Positions 45,209-60,632 of a stretch of 64,000 nt of DNA are shown here, one piece after another. The notes beneath the pieces are model-generated. The model saw only the letters and a list, made by a program, of their open reading frames with translations. It searched no databases and was not told where the DNA came from. This DNA comes from Escherichia coli (GTDB lineage Bacteria; Pseudomonadota; Gammaproteobacteria; Enterobacterales; Enterobacteriaceae). Made by a program: the position numbers and the translations under genes. The first letter of the stretch is position 1. Each line of letters starts with the position of its first letter. The stretch lies in NCBI RefSeq assembly GCF_003334405.1, contig NZ_QOWM01000009.1; one strand, given 5' to 3'.

Positions 45209-47395
45209 ATGTCCGATCGTATCGATAGAGACGTGATTAACGCGCTAATTGCAGGCCATTTTGCGGATCCTTTTTCCGTACTGGGAATGCATAAAACCAC
45301 CGCGGGACTGGAAGTCCGTGCCCTTTTACCCGACGCTACCGATGTGTGGGTGATTGAACCGAAAACCGGGCGCAAACTCGCAAAACTGGAGTGTCTCGAC
45401 TCACGGGGATTCTTTAGCGGCGTCATTCCGCGACGTAAGAATTTTTTCCGCTATCAGTTGGCTGTTGTCTGGCATGGTCAGCAAAACCTGATTGATGATC
45501 CTTACCGTTTTGGTCCGCTAATCCAGGAAATGGATGCCTGGCTATTATCTGAAGGTACTCACCTGCGCCCGTATGAAACCTTAGGCGCGCATGCAGATAC
45601 TATGGATGGCGTCACAGGTACGCGTTTCTCTGTCTGGGCTCCAAACGCCCGTCGGGTCTCGGTGGTTGGGCAATTCAACTACTGGGACGGTCGCCGTCAC
45701 CCGATGCGCCTGCGTAAAGAGAGCGGCATCTGGGAACTGTTTATCCCTGGGGCGCATAACGGTCAGCTCTATAAATACGAGATGATTGATGCCAATGGCA
45801 ACTTGCGTCTGAAGTCCGACCCTTATGCCTTTGAAGCGCAAATGCGCCCGGAAACCGCGTCTCTTATTTGCGGGCTGCCGGAAAAGGTTGTACAGACTGA
45901 AGAGCGCAAAAAAGCGAATCAGTTTGATGCGCCAATCTCTATTTATGAAGTTCACCTGGGTTCCTGGCGTCGCCACACCGACAACAATTTCTGGTTGAGC
46001 TACCGCGAGCTGGCCGATCAACTGGTGCCTTATGCTAAATGGATGGGCTTTACCCACCTCGAACTACTGCCCATTAACGAGCATCCCTTCGATGGCAGTT
46101 GGGGTTATCAGCCAACCGGCCTGTATGCGCCAACCCGCCGTTTTGGTACTCGCGACGACTTCCGTTATTTCATTGATGCCGCACACGCAGCTGGTCTGAA
46201 CGTGATTCTCGACTGGGTGCCAGGCCACTTCCCGACTGATGACTTTGCGCTTGCCGAATTTGATGGCACGAACTTGTATGAACACAGCGATCCGCGTGAA
46301 GGCTATCATCAGGACTGGAACACGCTGATCTACAACTATGGTCGCCGTGAAGTCAGTAACTTCCTCGTCGGTAACGCGCTTTACTGGATTGAACGTTTTG
46401 GTATTGATGCGCTGCGCGTCGATGCGGTGGCGTCAATGATTTATCGCGACTACAGCCGTAAAGAGGGGGAGTGGATCCCGAACGAATTTGGCGGGCGCGA
46501 GAATCTTGAAGCGATTGAATTCTTGCGTAATACCAACCGTATTCTTGGTGAGCAGGTTTCCGGTGCGGTGACAATGGCTGAGGAGTCTACCGATTTCCCT
46601 GGCGTTTCTCGTCCGCAGGATATGGGCGGTCTGGGCTTCTGGTACAAGTGGAACCTCGGCTGGATGCATGACACCCTGGACTACATGAAGCTCGACCCGG
46701 TTTATCGTCAGTATCATCACGATAAACTGACCTTCGGGATTCTCTACAACTACACTGAAAACTTCGTCCTGCCGTTGTCGCATGATGAAGTGGTCCACGG
46801 TAAAAAATCGATTCTCGACCGCATGCCGGGCGACGCATGGCAGAAATTCGCGAACCTGCGCGCCTACTATGGCTGGATGTGGGCATTTCCGGGCAAGAAA
46901 CTACTGTTCATGGGTAACGAATTTGCCCAGGGCCGCGAGTGGAACCATGACGCCAGCCTCGACTGGCATCTGTTGGAAGGCGGCGATAACTGGCACCACG
47001 GTGTCCAGCGTCTGGTGCGCGATCTGAACCTCACCTACCGCCACCATAAAGCAATGCATGAACTGGATTTTGACCCGTACGGCTTTGAATGGCTGGTGGT
47101 GGATGACAAAGAACGCTCGGTGCTGATCTTTGTGCGTCGCGATAAAGAGGGTAACGAAATCATCGTTGCCAGTAACTTTACGCCGGTACCGCGTCATGAT
47201 TATCGCTTCGGCATAAACCAGCCGGGCAAATGGCGTGAAATCCTCAATACCGATTCCATGCACTATCACGGCAGTAATGCAGGCAATGGCGGCACGGTAC
47301 ACAGCGATGAGATTGCCAGCCACGGTCGTCAGCATTCACTAAGCCTGACGCTACCACCGCTGGCCACTATCTGGCTGGTTCGGGAGGCAGAATGA
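45209..47395 (+). CDS. glgB: 1,4-alpha-glucan branching enzyme
   Basis: 728 aa; GH13 catalytic region. Confidence 0.96.
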   Translation: MSDRIDRDVINALIAGHFADPFSVLGMHKTTAGLEVRALLPDATDVWVIEPKTGRKLAKLECLDSRGFFSGVIPRRKNFFRYQLAVVWHGQQNLIDDPYRFGPLIQEMDAWLLSEGTHLRPYETLGAHADTMDGVTGTRFSVWAPNARRVSVVGQFNYWDGRRHPMRLRKESGIWELFIPGAHNGQLYKYEMIDANGNLRLKSDPYAFEAQMRPETASLICGLPEKVVQTEERKKANQFDAPISIYEVHLGSWRRHTDNNFWLSYRELADQLVPYAKWMGFTHLELLPINEHPFDGSWGYQPTGLYAPTRRFGTRDDFRYFIDAAHAAGLNVILDWVPGHFPTDDFALAEFDGTNLYEHSDPREGYHQDWNTLIYNYGRREVSNFLVGNALYWIERFGIDALRVDAVASMIYRDYSRKEGEWIPNEFGGRENLEAIEFLRNTNRILGEQVSGAVTMAEESTDFPGVSRPQDMGGLGFWYKWNLGWMHDTLDYMKLDPVYRQYHHDKLTFGILYNYTENFVLPLSHDEVVHGKKSILDRMPGDAWQKFANLRAYYGWMWAFPGKKLLFMGNEFAQGREWNHDASLDWHLLEGGDNWHHGVQRLVRDLNLTYRHHKAMHELDFDPYGFEWLVVDDKERSVLIFVRRDKEGNEIIVASNFTPVPRHDYRFGINQPGKWREILNTDSMHYHGSNAGNGGTVHSDEIASHGRQHSLSLTLPPLATIWLVREAE

Positions 47396-49365
47396 CACAA
47401 CTCGCCATTGGCAAACCCGCTCCCCTCGGCGCGCATTACGACGGTCAGGGCGTCAACTTCACACTTTTCTCCGCTCATGCCGAGCGGGTAGAACTGTGTG
47501 TCTTTGACGCCAATGGCCAGGAACATCGCTATGACTTGCCAGGGCACAGTAGCGACATTTGGCACGGTTATCTGCCGGATGCGCGCCCGGGTTTGCGTTA
47601 TGGTTATCGCGTTCATGGCCCCTGGCAACCCGCCGAGGGGCATCGCTTTAACCCGGCGAAGTTGTTGATTGATCCTTGCGCGCGGCAAATTGACGGGGAG
47701 TTTAAAGATAACCCGCTGCTGCACGCCGGTCATAATGAACCTGACTATCGCGACAACGCCGCCATTGCGCCGAAATGCGTAGTGGTGGTTGATCACTATG
47801 ACTGGGAAGATGATGCCCCGCCGCGCACGCCGTGGGGCAGCACCATCATTTATGAAGCCCATGTCAAAGGATTAACGTACTTGCACCCGGAGATCCCGGT
47901 CGAGATCCGTGGCACTTATAAAGCCCTCGGGCATCCGGTGATGATCAACTATTTGAAACAATTGGGCATTACCGCGCTGGAACTGCTGCCAGTGGCGCAG
48001 TTTGCCAGTGAACCACGTCTGCAACGCATGGGGCTAAGTAACTACTGGGGTTACAACCCGGTGGCGATGTTTGCGCTGCATCCGGCGTATGCCTGCTCGC
48101 CAGAAACGGCGCTGGATGAGTTTCGCGATGCAATCAAAGCACTGCATAAAGCGGGTATCGAAGTCATTCTTGATATCGTGCTCAACCATAGTGCGGAACT
48201 GGACCTCGACGGCCCGTTATTCTCGCTGCGTGGGATCGATAACCGTAGCTATTATTGGATAAGAGAAGACGGCGATTATCACAACTGGACCGGTTGCGGC
48301 AACACGCTCAATTTGAGTCATCCGGCGGTGGTGGATTATGCCAGCGCCTGCCTGCGTTATTGGGTAGAAACCTGCCACGTCGATGGTTTCCGCTTTGATC
48401 TGGCGGCAGTCATGGGCCGTACGCCAGAGTTCCGTCAGGATGCGCCGTTGTTTACCGCTATCCAGAACTGCCCGGTGCTCTCGCAGGTGAAGTTAATTGC
48501 TGAACCGTGGGATATCGCTCCTGGTGGTTATCAGGTGGGAAATTTCCCGCCGCTGTTTGCCGAGTGGAACGATCATTTCCGCGATGCTGCCCGTCGTTTC
48601 TGGCTACATTATGATTTGCCTCTGGGGGCGTTTGCCGGGCGTTTTGCTGCCTCCAGCGATGTTTTTAAACGTAATGGTCGTCTGCCGAGTGCCGCGATTA
48701 ATCTCGTCACCGCGCATGACGGTTTTACGCTTCGCGACTGCGTTTGCTTCAACCATAAACACAATGAAGCAAACGGAGAAGAAAATCGCGACGGGACCAA
48801 CAACAATTACAGTAACAATCATGGTAAAGAAGGGTTAGGCGGTTCTCTTGACCTGGTTGAACGGCGGCGCGACAGCATTCACGCCCTGTTAACAACGTTG
48901 TTGCTCTCCCAGGGTACGCCGATGTTACTGGCCGGTGACGAACATGGTCACAGCCAGCATGGCAATAACAATGCCTACTGTCAGGATAACCAATTAACCT
49001 GGTTGGACTGGTCGCAGGCAAGCAGTGGTTTAACCGCATTTACCGCCGCGTTAATCCATCTGCGCAAGCGCATTCCCGCTTTGGTGGAGAATCGCTGGTG
49101 GGAAGAAGGCGACGGCAATGTCCGTTGGCTAAATCGATATGCTCAACCTTTAAGCACGGATGAGTGGCAAAACGGGCCGAAACAGCTGCAAATTCTGCTC
49201 TCGGATCGCTTTTTGATCGCAATTAACGCCACGCTTGAGGTAACAGAGATTGTTTTACCTGCTGGGGAGTGGCACGCCATTCCCCCATTCGCTGGAGAGG
49301 ATAACCCAGTGATTACGGCTGTCTGGCAGGGACCTGCACACGGATTGTGTGTGTTCCAGAGATGA
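47392..49365 (+). CDS. glgX: Glycogen debranching enzyme
   Basis: 657 aa; GH13; 4-bp overlap with glgB. Confidence 0.95.
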
Positions 49366-49382
49366 TAAAAAAGGAGTTAGTC

Positions 49383-50678
49383 ATGGTTAGTTTAGAGAAG
49401 AACGATCACTTAATGTTGGCGCGCCAGCTGCCATTGAAATCTGTTGCCCTGATACTGGCGGGAGGACGTGGTACCCGCCTGAAGGATTTAACCAATAAGC
49501 GAGCAAAACCGGCCGTACACTTCGGCGGTAAGTTCCGCATTATCGACTTTGCGCTGTCTAACTGCATCAACTCCGGGATCCGTCGTATGGGCGTGATCAC
49601 CCAGTACCAGTCCCACACTCTGGTGCAGCACATTCAGCGCGGCTGGTCATTCTTCAATGAAGAAATGAACGAGTTTGTCGATCTGCTGCCAGCACAGCAG
49701 AGAATGAAAGGGGAAAACTGGTATCGCGGCACCGCAGATGCGGTCACCCAAAACCTCGACATTATCCGCCGTTATAAAGCGGAATACGTGGTGATCCTGG
49801 CGGGCGACCATATCTACAAGCAAGACTACTCGCGTATGCTTATCGATCACGTCGAAAAAGGCGCACGTTGCACCGTTGCTTGTATGCCAGTACCGATTGA
49901 AGAAGCCTCCGCATTTGGCGTTATGGCGGTTGATGAGAACGATAAAATTATCGAATTCGTTGAAAAACCTGCTAACCCGCCGTCAATGCCGAACGATCCG
50001 AGCAAATCTCTGGCGAGTATGGGTATCTACGTCTTTGACGCCGACTATCTGTATGAACTGCTGGAAGAAGACGATCGCGATGAGAACTCCAGCCACGACT
50101 TTGGCAAAGATTTGATTCCCAAGATCACCGAAGCCGGTCTGGCCTATGCGCACCCGTTCCCGCTCTCTTGCGTACAATCCGACCCGGATGCCGAGCCGTA
50201 CTGGCGCGATGTGGGTACGCTGGAAGCTTACTGGAAAGCGAACCTCGATCTGGCCTCTGTGGTGCCGGAACTGGATATGTACGATCGCAATTGGCCAATT
50301 CGCACCTACAATGAATCATTACCGCCAGCGAAATTCGTGCAGGATCGCTCCGGTAGCCACGGGATGACCCTTAACTCACTGGTTTCCGGCGGTTGTGTGA
50401 TCTCCGGTTCGGTGGTGGTGCAGTCCGTTCTGTTCTCGCGCGTTCGCGTGAATTCATTCTGCAACATTGATTCCGCCGTATTGTTACCGGAAGTATGGGT
50501 AGGTCGCTCGTGCCGTCTGCGCCGCTGCGTCATCGATCGTGCTTGTGTTATTCCGGAAGGCATGGTGATTGGTGAAAACGCAGAGGAAGATGCACGTCGT
50601 TTCTATCGTTCAGAAGAAGGCATCGTGCTGGTAACGCGCGAAATGCTACGGAAGTTAGGGCATAAACAGGAGCGATAA
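49383..50678 (+). CDS. glgC: Glucose-1-phosphate adenylyltransferase
   Basis: Start at [17 protein letters not shown] (431 aa); nucleotide-binding motif [13 protein letters not shown]. Confidence 0.96.
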
Positions 50679-52111
50679 TGCAGGTTTTACATGTATGTTC
50701 AGAGATGTTCCCGCTGCTTAAAACCGGCGGTCTGGCTGATGTTATTGGGGCATTACCCGCAGCACAAATCGCAGACGGCGTTGACGCTCGCGTACTGTTG
50801 CCTGCATTTCCCGATATTCGCCGTGGCGTGACCGATGCGCAGGTAGTATCCCGTCGTGATACCTTCGCCGGACATATCACGCTGTTGTTCGGTCATTACA
50901 ACGGGGTTGGCATTTACCTGATTGACGCGCCGCATCTCTATGATCGTCCGGGAAGCCCGTATCACGATACCAACTTATTTGCCTATACCGACAACGTATT
51001 GCGTTTTGCGCTGCTGGGGTGGGTTGGGGCAGAAATGGCCAGCGGGCTTGACCCATTCTGGCGTCCTGATGTGGTGCATGCGCACGACTGGCATGCAGGC
51101 CTTGCGCCTGCGTATCTGGCGGCGCGCGGGCGTCCGGCGAAGTCGGTGTTTACTGTGCACAACCTGGCCTATCAAGGCATGTTTTATGCACATCACATGA
51201 ATGACATCCAATTGCCATGGTCATTCTTTAATATTCATGGGCTGGAATTCAACGGACAAATCTCTTTCCTGAAGGCCGGTCTGTACTATGCCGATCACAT
51301 TACGGCGGTCAGTCCAACCTACGCTCGCGAGATCACCGAACCGCAGTTTGCCTACGGTATGGAAGGTCTGTTGCAACAGCGTCACCGTGAAGGGCGTCTT
51401 TCCGGCGTACTGAACGGCGTGGACGAGAAAATCTGGAGTCCAGAGACGGACTTACTGTTGGCCTCGCGTTACACCCGCGATACGTTGGAAGATAAAGCGG
51501 AAAATAAGCGCCAGTTACAAATCGCAATGGGGCTTAAGGTTGACGATAAAGTGCCGCTTTTTGCAGTGGTGAGCCGTCTGACCAGCCAGAAAGGTCTCGA
51601 CCTGGTGCTGGAAGCCTTACCGGGTCTTCTGGAGCAGGGCGGGCAGCTGGCGCTACTCGGCGCGGGCGATCCGGTGCTGCAGGAAGGTTTCCTTGCGGCG
51701 GCAGCGGAATACCCCGGTCAGGTGGGCGTTCAGATTGGCTATCACGAAGCATTTTCGCATCGCATTATGGGCGGCGCGGACGTCATTCTGGTGCCCAGCC
51801 GTTTTGAACCGTGCGGCTTAACGCAACTTTATGGATTGAAGTACGGTACGCTGCCGTTAGTGCGGCGCACCGGTGGGCTTGCTGATACGGTTTCTGACTG
51901 TTCTCTTGAGAACCTTGCAGATGGCGTCGCCAGTGGGTTTGTCTTTGAAGATAGTAATGCCTGGTCGCTGTTACGGGCTATTCGACGTGCTTTTGTACTG
52001 TGGTCCCGTCCTTCACTGTGGCGGTTTGTGCAACGTCAGGCTATGGCAATGGATTTTAGCTGGCAGGTCGCGGCGAAGTCGTACCGTGAGCTTTACTATC
52101 GCTTGAAATAG
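50678..52111 (+). CDS. glgA: Glycogen synthase
   Basis: 477 aa; N-terminal KTGGLADV motif. Confidence 0.96.
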
Positions 52112-54577
<2,466 letters not shown>

Positions 54578-54593
54578 GTTCACCAATAAATAG

Positions 54594-54620
54594 AACGGGG
54601 CTAAAGGGTCCCGTTTTTTT
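54594..54620 (+). terminator. Rho-independent terminator of glg operon
   Basis: aacggggctaaagggtcccgtt hairpin followed by ttttttt. Confidence 0.7.
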
Positions 54621-54705
54621 CCGCCATCATTTCGGAAAAGTGTCCAGAAGGGGCAAGGGGACTCGGGGAGTATAATTTCACCATTCAAAAAGAATGGAAA
54701 GAATA

Positions 54706-54987
54706 ATGCAAAACAGAAAATGGATTTTGACCTCGCTGGTAATGACTTTTTTCGGCATCCCCATACTGGCGCAATTTTTGGCGGTGGTTATTGCCATGCT
54801 GGGTGTCGGACTTGCCGGTATTATTGAAGTTTGTAATATCCTTATCACGCCAACAATTTACCTTCTGCTCAAAATTTTTATGCTGGCGCTGGGCGCATTA
54901 ATGCTATTTTTCTCGGGGCGAGTGGGGAACGTGCCTGAGTTTTGTTACGTTGGGTATGATGGCGTGGGCTTTGCGGTAATTCCCTGA
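54706..54987 (+). CDS. yzgL: Small hydrophobic membrane protein
   Basis: ORF of 93-97 aa (start ambiguous, taken at MQNRKWILTSLV); two predicted TM helices; symbol from K-12 position between glgP and glpD, moderately sure. Confidence 0.55.
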   Translation: MQNRKWILTSLVMTFFGIPILAQFLAVVIAMLGVGLAGIIEVCNILITPTIYLLLKIFMLALGALMLFFSGRVGNVPEFCYVGYDGVGFAVIP

Positions 54988-55029
54988 ATTAAAAAGTAGG
55001 TTAGATTTTTGACAAAGTGCGCTTTGTTC

Positions 55030-55130
55030 ATGCCGGATGCGACGTGAACGTCTTATCTGGCCTACAAGACCATGCAAATTCAATATATTGCATAAACCAC
55101 GTAGGCCTGATAAGCGTAGCGCATCAGGCA
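55030..55130. repeat. BIME: two inverted REP elements between yzgL and glpD
   Basis: atgccggatgcgacgtgaacgtcttatctggcctaca ... gtaggcctgataagcgtagcgcatcaggca. Confidence 0.8.
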
Positions 55131-55192
55131 GTTTTGTGTTTGTCATCAGTCTCAGGCCAGATTGAAATCTGACCTGATCACCTTACGTTAAT

Positions 55193-56698
55193 TTACGACG
55201 CCAGCGATAACCTCTGCTGCGTATACTCCACCAGCCACTGACTCACACGAGATTGTTGATCCGCATTTAGCCACATGCCTTGTTTTGTGCGACGCCACAG
55301 GGCGTCGTCGGCGCGGCGGACCCATTCGTGATCCACCAGGTATTTCAGCTCCGCTTCGTAGAACTCATGACCGAAATCTTCCCCGAGATCGCTTACCGTT
55401 CCCGCATTGCCGAGCAGCAGCTCGCTGTTGCTGCCGTAAGTGCGAGCGTAATGACGCGCCAGCGATTCAGTCAGGAACGGATAGCGGCGGCGCAGGCGAG
55501 CGGCATAATCGTCGCGGTCGCCTTCAATGGCGCCACCCGGTAGCACACTCTCTTTCGTCCATGCCGGGCCAATACCCTGATAATACGGCGTTAGTTTTTC
55601 CAGCGCATGTTCCGCCAGTTTTCGGTAGGTGGTCAGCTTACCGCCGAATACCGACAGCAGCGGTGCTTTGCCATTTTCATCATGAATATCAAGGGTGTAA
55701 TCACGGGTAATAGCCTGCGGCGAGTCGGACTCATCATCACACAGCGGACGCACACCGGAGTAGGTCCAGACGATATCGTCACGGCTTAACTGCTTTTTAA
55801 AGTGCGTGTTATACACATTCAGCAGGTAATTGATTTCACTCTCTTCAATCTTCACCGCTTTCGGATCGCCTTTGTACTCGACATCGGTAGTGCCGATGAT
55901 GGAAAACTCGTCCATCCACGGGATCACGAACACAATACGTTTATCTTCGTTTTGCAGAATGTAGGCTTGCTTCTGGGTATGCACGCGCGGCACCACAATA
56001 TGGCTGCCTTTGATCAGGCGAATGCCATAAGGCGAAGGCAGATGCATCCCGTCGTCGAAGAACTGTTTCACCCACGGGCCGGTGGCGTTAACCAAGCCGC
56101 GCGCTTGCCAGCTATATTTTTTGCCGGTATCGATATCTTCCGCTTCCACAATCCACAGGCCGTTTTCGCGGCGAGCAGAGGTGGCGCGAGTCCGAGTAAG
56201 CACTTCGCCGCCTTTACGCACCACCATCTGGGCGTTGGCGAGTACCAGACGGGCGTCGTCTACCCAACAGTCAGAATATTCGAATCCGCGCTTAATTTCC
56301 GGTTTTAACACTGAATTTGCGCCAAAACGCAAACCAGTTGATCCCGGCAAGCTGGTGCGTTTACCCAGATGATCGTACATAAACAGACCAATGCGAATCA
56401 TCCACGCCGGGCGCAGATGCGGACGATGTGGCAGGCGAAAACGCATCGGGAAGGCGATATGCGGGGCCATTTTCAGCAGCACTTCACGTTCAGCCAGCGC
56501 CTCGCTGACCAGGCGGAATTCATAGTGCTCAAGGTAGCGCAGGCCACCGTGAATGAGTTTTGAACTGGCGGAAGAGGTCGCGCAAGCGAGATCCTGCGCC
56601 TCCAGCATCAGCACGGATAAACCGCGTCCAGCGGCGTCTGCCGCGATACCAGCACCATTGATGCCGCCCCCTATCACAATCAGATCTTTGGTTTCCAT
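55193..56698 (-). CDS. glpD: Aerobic glycerol-3-phosphate dehydrogenase (FAD)
   Basis: Start at METKDLIVIGGGINGAGIA (501 aa); FAD-binding GxGxxG. Confidence 0.95.
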   Translation of the reverse strand: METKDLIVIGGGINGAGIAADAAGRGLSVLMLEAQDLACATSSASSKLIHGGLRYLEHYEFRLVSEALAEREVLLKMAPHIAFPMRFRLPHRPHLRPAWMIRIGLFMYDHLGKRTSLPGSTGLRFGANSVLKPEIKRGFEYSDCWVDDARLVLANAQMVVRKGGEVLTRTRATSARRENGLWIVEAEDIDTGKKYSWQARGLVNATGPWVKQFFDDGMHLPSPYGIRLIKGSHIVVPRVHTQKQAYILQNEDKRIVFVIPWMDEFSIIGTTDVEYKGDPKAVKIEESEINYLLNVYNTHFKKQLSRDDIVWTYSGVRPLCDDESDSPQAITRDYTLDIHDENGKAPLLSVFGGKLTTYRKLAEHALEKLTPYYQGIGPAWTKESVLPGGAIEGDRDDYAARLRRRYPFLTESLARHYARTYGSNSELLLGNAGTVSDLGEDFGHEFYEAELKYLVDHEWVRRADDALWRRTKQGMWLNADQQSRVSQWLVEYTQQRLSLAS

Positions 56699-56731
56699 GC
56701 TGCCCTCATTCACTTTCGTTAAAGCTCATAA

Positions 56732-56749
56732 ATGTTCGTTATCGAACAT
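56732..56749. promoter_or_regulatory. GlpR operator (TGTTCG-N6-CGAACA dyad) in glpD-glpE divergent control region
   Basis: ATGTTCGTTATCGAACAT read directly ~35 bp upstream of glpD start. Confidence 0.65.
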
Positions 56750-56809
56750 ATTAGCAAAGAATCGCGCTTTAGGTAACATTGAAAAAACATTTTAGAGTGA
56801 TATGTATAA

Positions 56810-57214
<405 letters not shown>

Positions 57215-57246
57215 CGCTTTATACTGTCCCCTTTTGTGTGGAATAA

Positions 57247-58089
<843 letters not shown>

Positions 58090-58105
58090 TTCCAGGGATT
58101 TATAA

Positions 58106-58864
58106 ATGAAACAAACACAACGTCACAACGGTATTATCGAACTGGTTAAACAGCAGGGTTATGTCAGTACCGAAGAGCTGGTAGAGCATTTCTCCGTCAG
58201 CCCGCAGACTATTCGCCGCGACCTCAATGAGCTGGCGGAGCAAAACCTGATCCTGCGCCATCATGGCGGTGCGGCGCTGCCTTCCAGTTCGGTTAACACG
58301 CCGTGGCACGATCGCAAGGCCACCCAGACCGAAGAAAAAGAGCGCATCGCCCGCAAAGTGGCGGAGCAAATCCCCAATGGCTCGACGCTGTTTATCGATA
58401 TCGGCACCACGCCGGAAGCGGTAGCGCACGCACTGCTCAATCACAGCAATTTGCGCATTGTCACCAACAATCTCAACGTTGCTAACACGTTGATGGTAAA
58501 AGAAGATTTTCGCATCATTCTCGCCGGTGGCGAATTACGCAGCCGCGATGGCGGGATCATTGGCGAAGCGACGCTCGATTTTATCTCCCAGTTCCGCCTT
58601 GATTTCGGCATTCTGGGGATAAGCGGCATCGATAGCGACGGCTCGCTGCTGGAGTTCGATTACCACGAAGTTCGCACCAAACGCGCCATTATTGAGAACT
58701 CGCGCCACGTTATGCTGGTTGTCGATCACTCGAAATTTGGCCGTAACGCGATGGTCAATATGGGCAGCATCAGCATGGTAGATGCCGTCTACACCGACGC
58801 CCCGCCGCCAGTAAGCGTGATGCAGGTGCTGACGGACCACCATATTCAACTGGAGCTGTGCTGA
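58106..58864 (+). CDS. glpR: Glycerol-3-phosphate regulon repressor (DeoR family)
   Basis: 252 aa; N-terminal HTH STEELVEHFSVSPQTIRRDL. Confidence 0.93.
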   Translation: MKQTQRHNGIIELVKQQGYVSTEELVEHFSVSPQTIRRDLNELAEQNLILRHHGGAALPSSSVNTPWHDRKATQTEEKERIARKVAEQIPNGSTLFIDIGTTPEAVAHALLNHSNLRIVTNNLNVANTLMVKEDFRIILAGGELRSRDGGIIGEATLDFISQFRLDFGILGISGIDSDGSLLEFDYHEVRTKRAIIENSRHVMLVVDHSKFGRNAMVNMGSISMVDAVYTDAPPPVSVMQVLTDHHIQLELC

Positions 58865-60444
58865 TCCTGCACGGCTTCCCACGTCAGACCAAAACGCGCC
58901 AGGTATTTGCGTAGCCGATCCGCGTCATTGACGCTGGCTTTGCCCTGGCGCGAAACGTCAAAAAGCTGGCGTCCGGCTGCGGAAAGCGACTTTGCCTGGC
59001 GGCAGATAGCGATAACGTGTTCCAGTTGCATACGGTCGAAGAGATCGATGTTTTCTGCCTCTGCGCCCAGCAACGCCGTAAGCGCGGAGGGGCGGCTCTC
59101 CTGCCAGTTATAGCGCAGACGGTTTATCTCATCTTCAACCACGTCCAGAGTGATGCGTCCGCTAGTGGCAAAGGTGGCCATCCGCGTGACGCTGGCAGAA
59201 AGTTCGCGAAAGTTACCGCGCCATGTTGCCTGGGGAGAGGTCGCAAAAGCCAACCAGGCGCGCCGCGCTTCGGTGTTAAAACGCACGCTGTCGCCAGTGA
59301 GTGAGGCGTGGCGCTCCACTTCATAATCCAGGTTCGGTTCAATATCTTCCTGGCGCTGGCGTAGACCCGGCAGGGTGAAGGTCCAGAGATTGATCCGCGC
59401 GTACAGATCTTCGCGAAATTTGCCTTCGGCAACCAGCTGGCGCAAATCGCGCACCGTTCCGGCGATAAGCTGAAAATCACTGCTCACCTGGCGATCGCTG
59501 CCAAACGGGTAAAAGGTTTTCTCTTCAATGGCTTTCAGCAGCATTGCCTGTTCGTCTGCGCCCAGTTCGCCAATCTCATCAAGAAACAACATTCCGCCGT
59601 TGGCGCTGCGTAATAAACCTTCACGAGATTCCCGCGCCCCGGTAAACGCGCCTTTTACATGACCAAACAGCGTCGACATGGCGGTATCGCCGCGCAGGGT
59701 GGCGCAGTTCACTTCCACAAACGCGCCGCTAAACTGATGCCGCGCCTGTTTTAACTCGAAGATGCGTCGCGCCAGAAATGACTTGCCCGCGCCGGTTGGA
59801 CCGTTAAGCAGAATCGGCGCGCGGGATTTGATCGCCACTTTTTCGATCTGCTCAATCATGCGGTTGAAGTGGGGGTTACGCGTGGCAATGCCGGACTTAA
59901 GAAAATCAAGCGTTTGCTGGCGTTCCTCGGCAAAGCGGCTGGCGATGGCGTTATAACGGCTTAAATCGAGATCGATAATCGTTACTTCACCTGGGCCGCG
60001 CGGCTGTTCTTTTTTGCGCGGAGGTGAAGATTGTATCAGCCGGGCGGGCAGGTAACGCGCTTCTGCCAGCAGAAACCAGCAAATCTGCGCGACGTGGGTA
60101 CCGGTGGTGATGTGAATTAAATAGTCTTCTTTTTCTGGCTGAAACTCGTAACCACGGGCGAAATCATGCAGGCAGGCGTAGACCTCTTCGAAATCCCACG
60201 GGTTATGCAGTTCAATCTCAACGCTCACCACTTCTGTTTCTGGCGAAACGCTGGCGATATCGCGTTTAAGCGTTTCAAATAGCGAGCGCGAGCGGGCGTC
60301 GTGCAACAATTCCAGTCGATCGATGACCAACGATTCTTGCTGGCATAAACAGAGTGTCGGACGCCATTTTGACCAGCGCTGACTGCCGCGCCCGGCATAA
60401 TCCAGTACGGTACCGACAAAGCCAAAAGCCACTGTTTTACGCAT
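58846..60444 (-). CDS. rtcR: Sigma54-dependent transcriptional activator of rtcBA
   Basis: 532 aa; AAA+ Walker A GPTGAGKS and GAFTGA sigma54-interaction motif; 19-bp convergent overlap with glpR 3' end. Confidence 0.93.
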   Translation of the reverse strand: MRKTVAFGFVGTVLDYAGRGSQRWSKWRPTLCLCQQESLVIDRLELLHDARSRSLFETLKRDIASVSPETEVVSVEIELHNPWDFEEVYACLHDFARGYEFQPEKEDYLIHITTGTHVAQICWFLLAEARYLPARLIQSSPPRKKEQPRGPGEVTIIDLDLSRYNAIASRFAEERQQTLDFLKSGIATRNPHFNRMIEQIEKVAIKSRAPILLNGPTGAGKSFLARRIFELKQARHQFSGAFVEVNCATLRGDTAMSTLFGHVKGAFTGARESREGLLRSANGGMLFLDEIGELGADEQAMLLKAIEEKTFYPFGSDRQVSSDFQLIAGTVRDLRQLVAEGKFREDLYARINLWTFTLPGLRQRQEDIEPNLDYEVERHASLTGDSVRFNTEARRAWLAFATSPQATWRGNFRELSASVTRMATFATSGRITLDVVEDEINRLRYNWQESRPSALTALLGAEAENIDLFDRMQLEHVIAICRQAKSLSAAGRQLFDVSRQGKASVNDADRLRKYLARFGLTWEAVQDQHSSS

Positions 60445-60578
60445 CTTAGATATCCTTATAAAAGACGATATTTCATTATCGGTAAATTGGCTTTGCGGGA
60501 AATCTCCGGTTACGGACGTAAAGATATAATCTTTTTTAAAACAATGAATTAAAAAATTAAGCTGCTTATTTAATTTTC

Positions 60579-60594
60579 TGGCACGACGGTTGCA
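60579..60594 (+). promoter_or_regulatory. Sigma54 (-24/-12) promoter of rtcBA
   Basis: TGGCAC gacgg TTGCA read directly ~40 bp upstream of rtcB ATG. Confidence 0.85.
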
Positions 60595-60632
60595 ATTATC
60601 AGGACAGCAAACAACGAAAAGAGAAAAACAAA

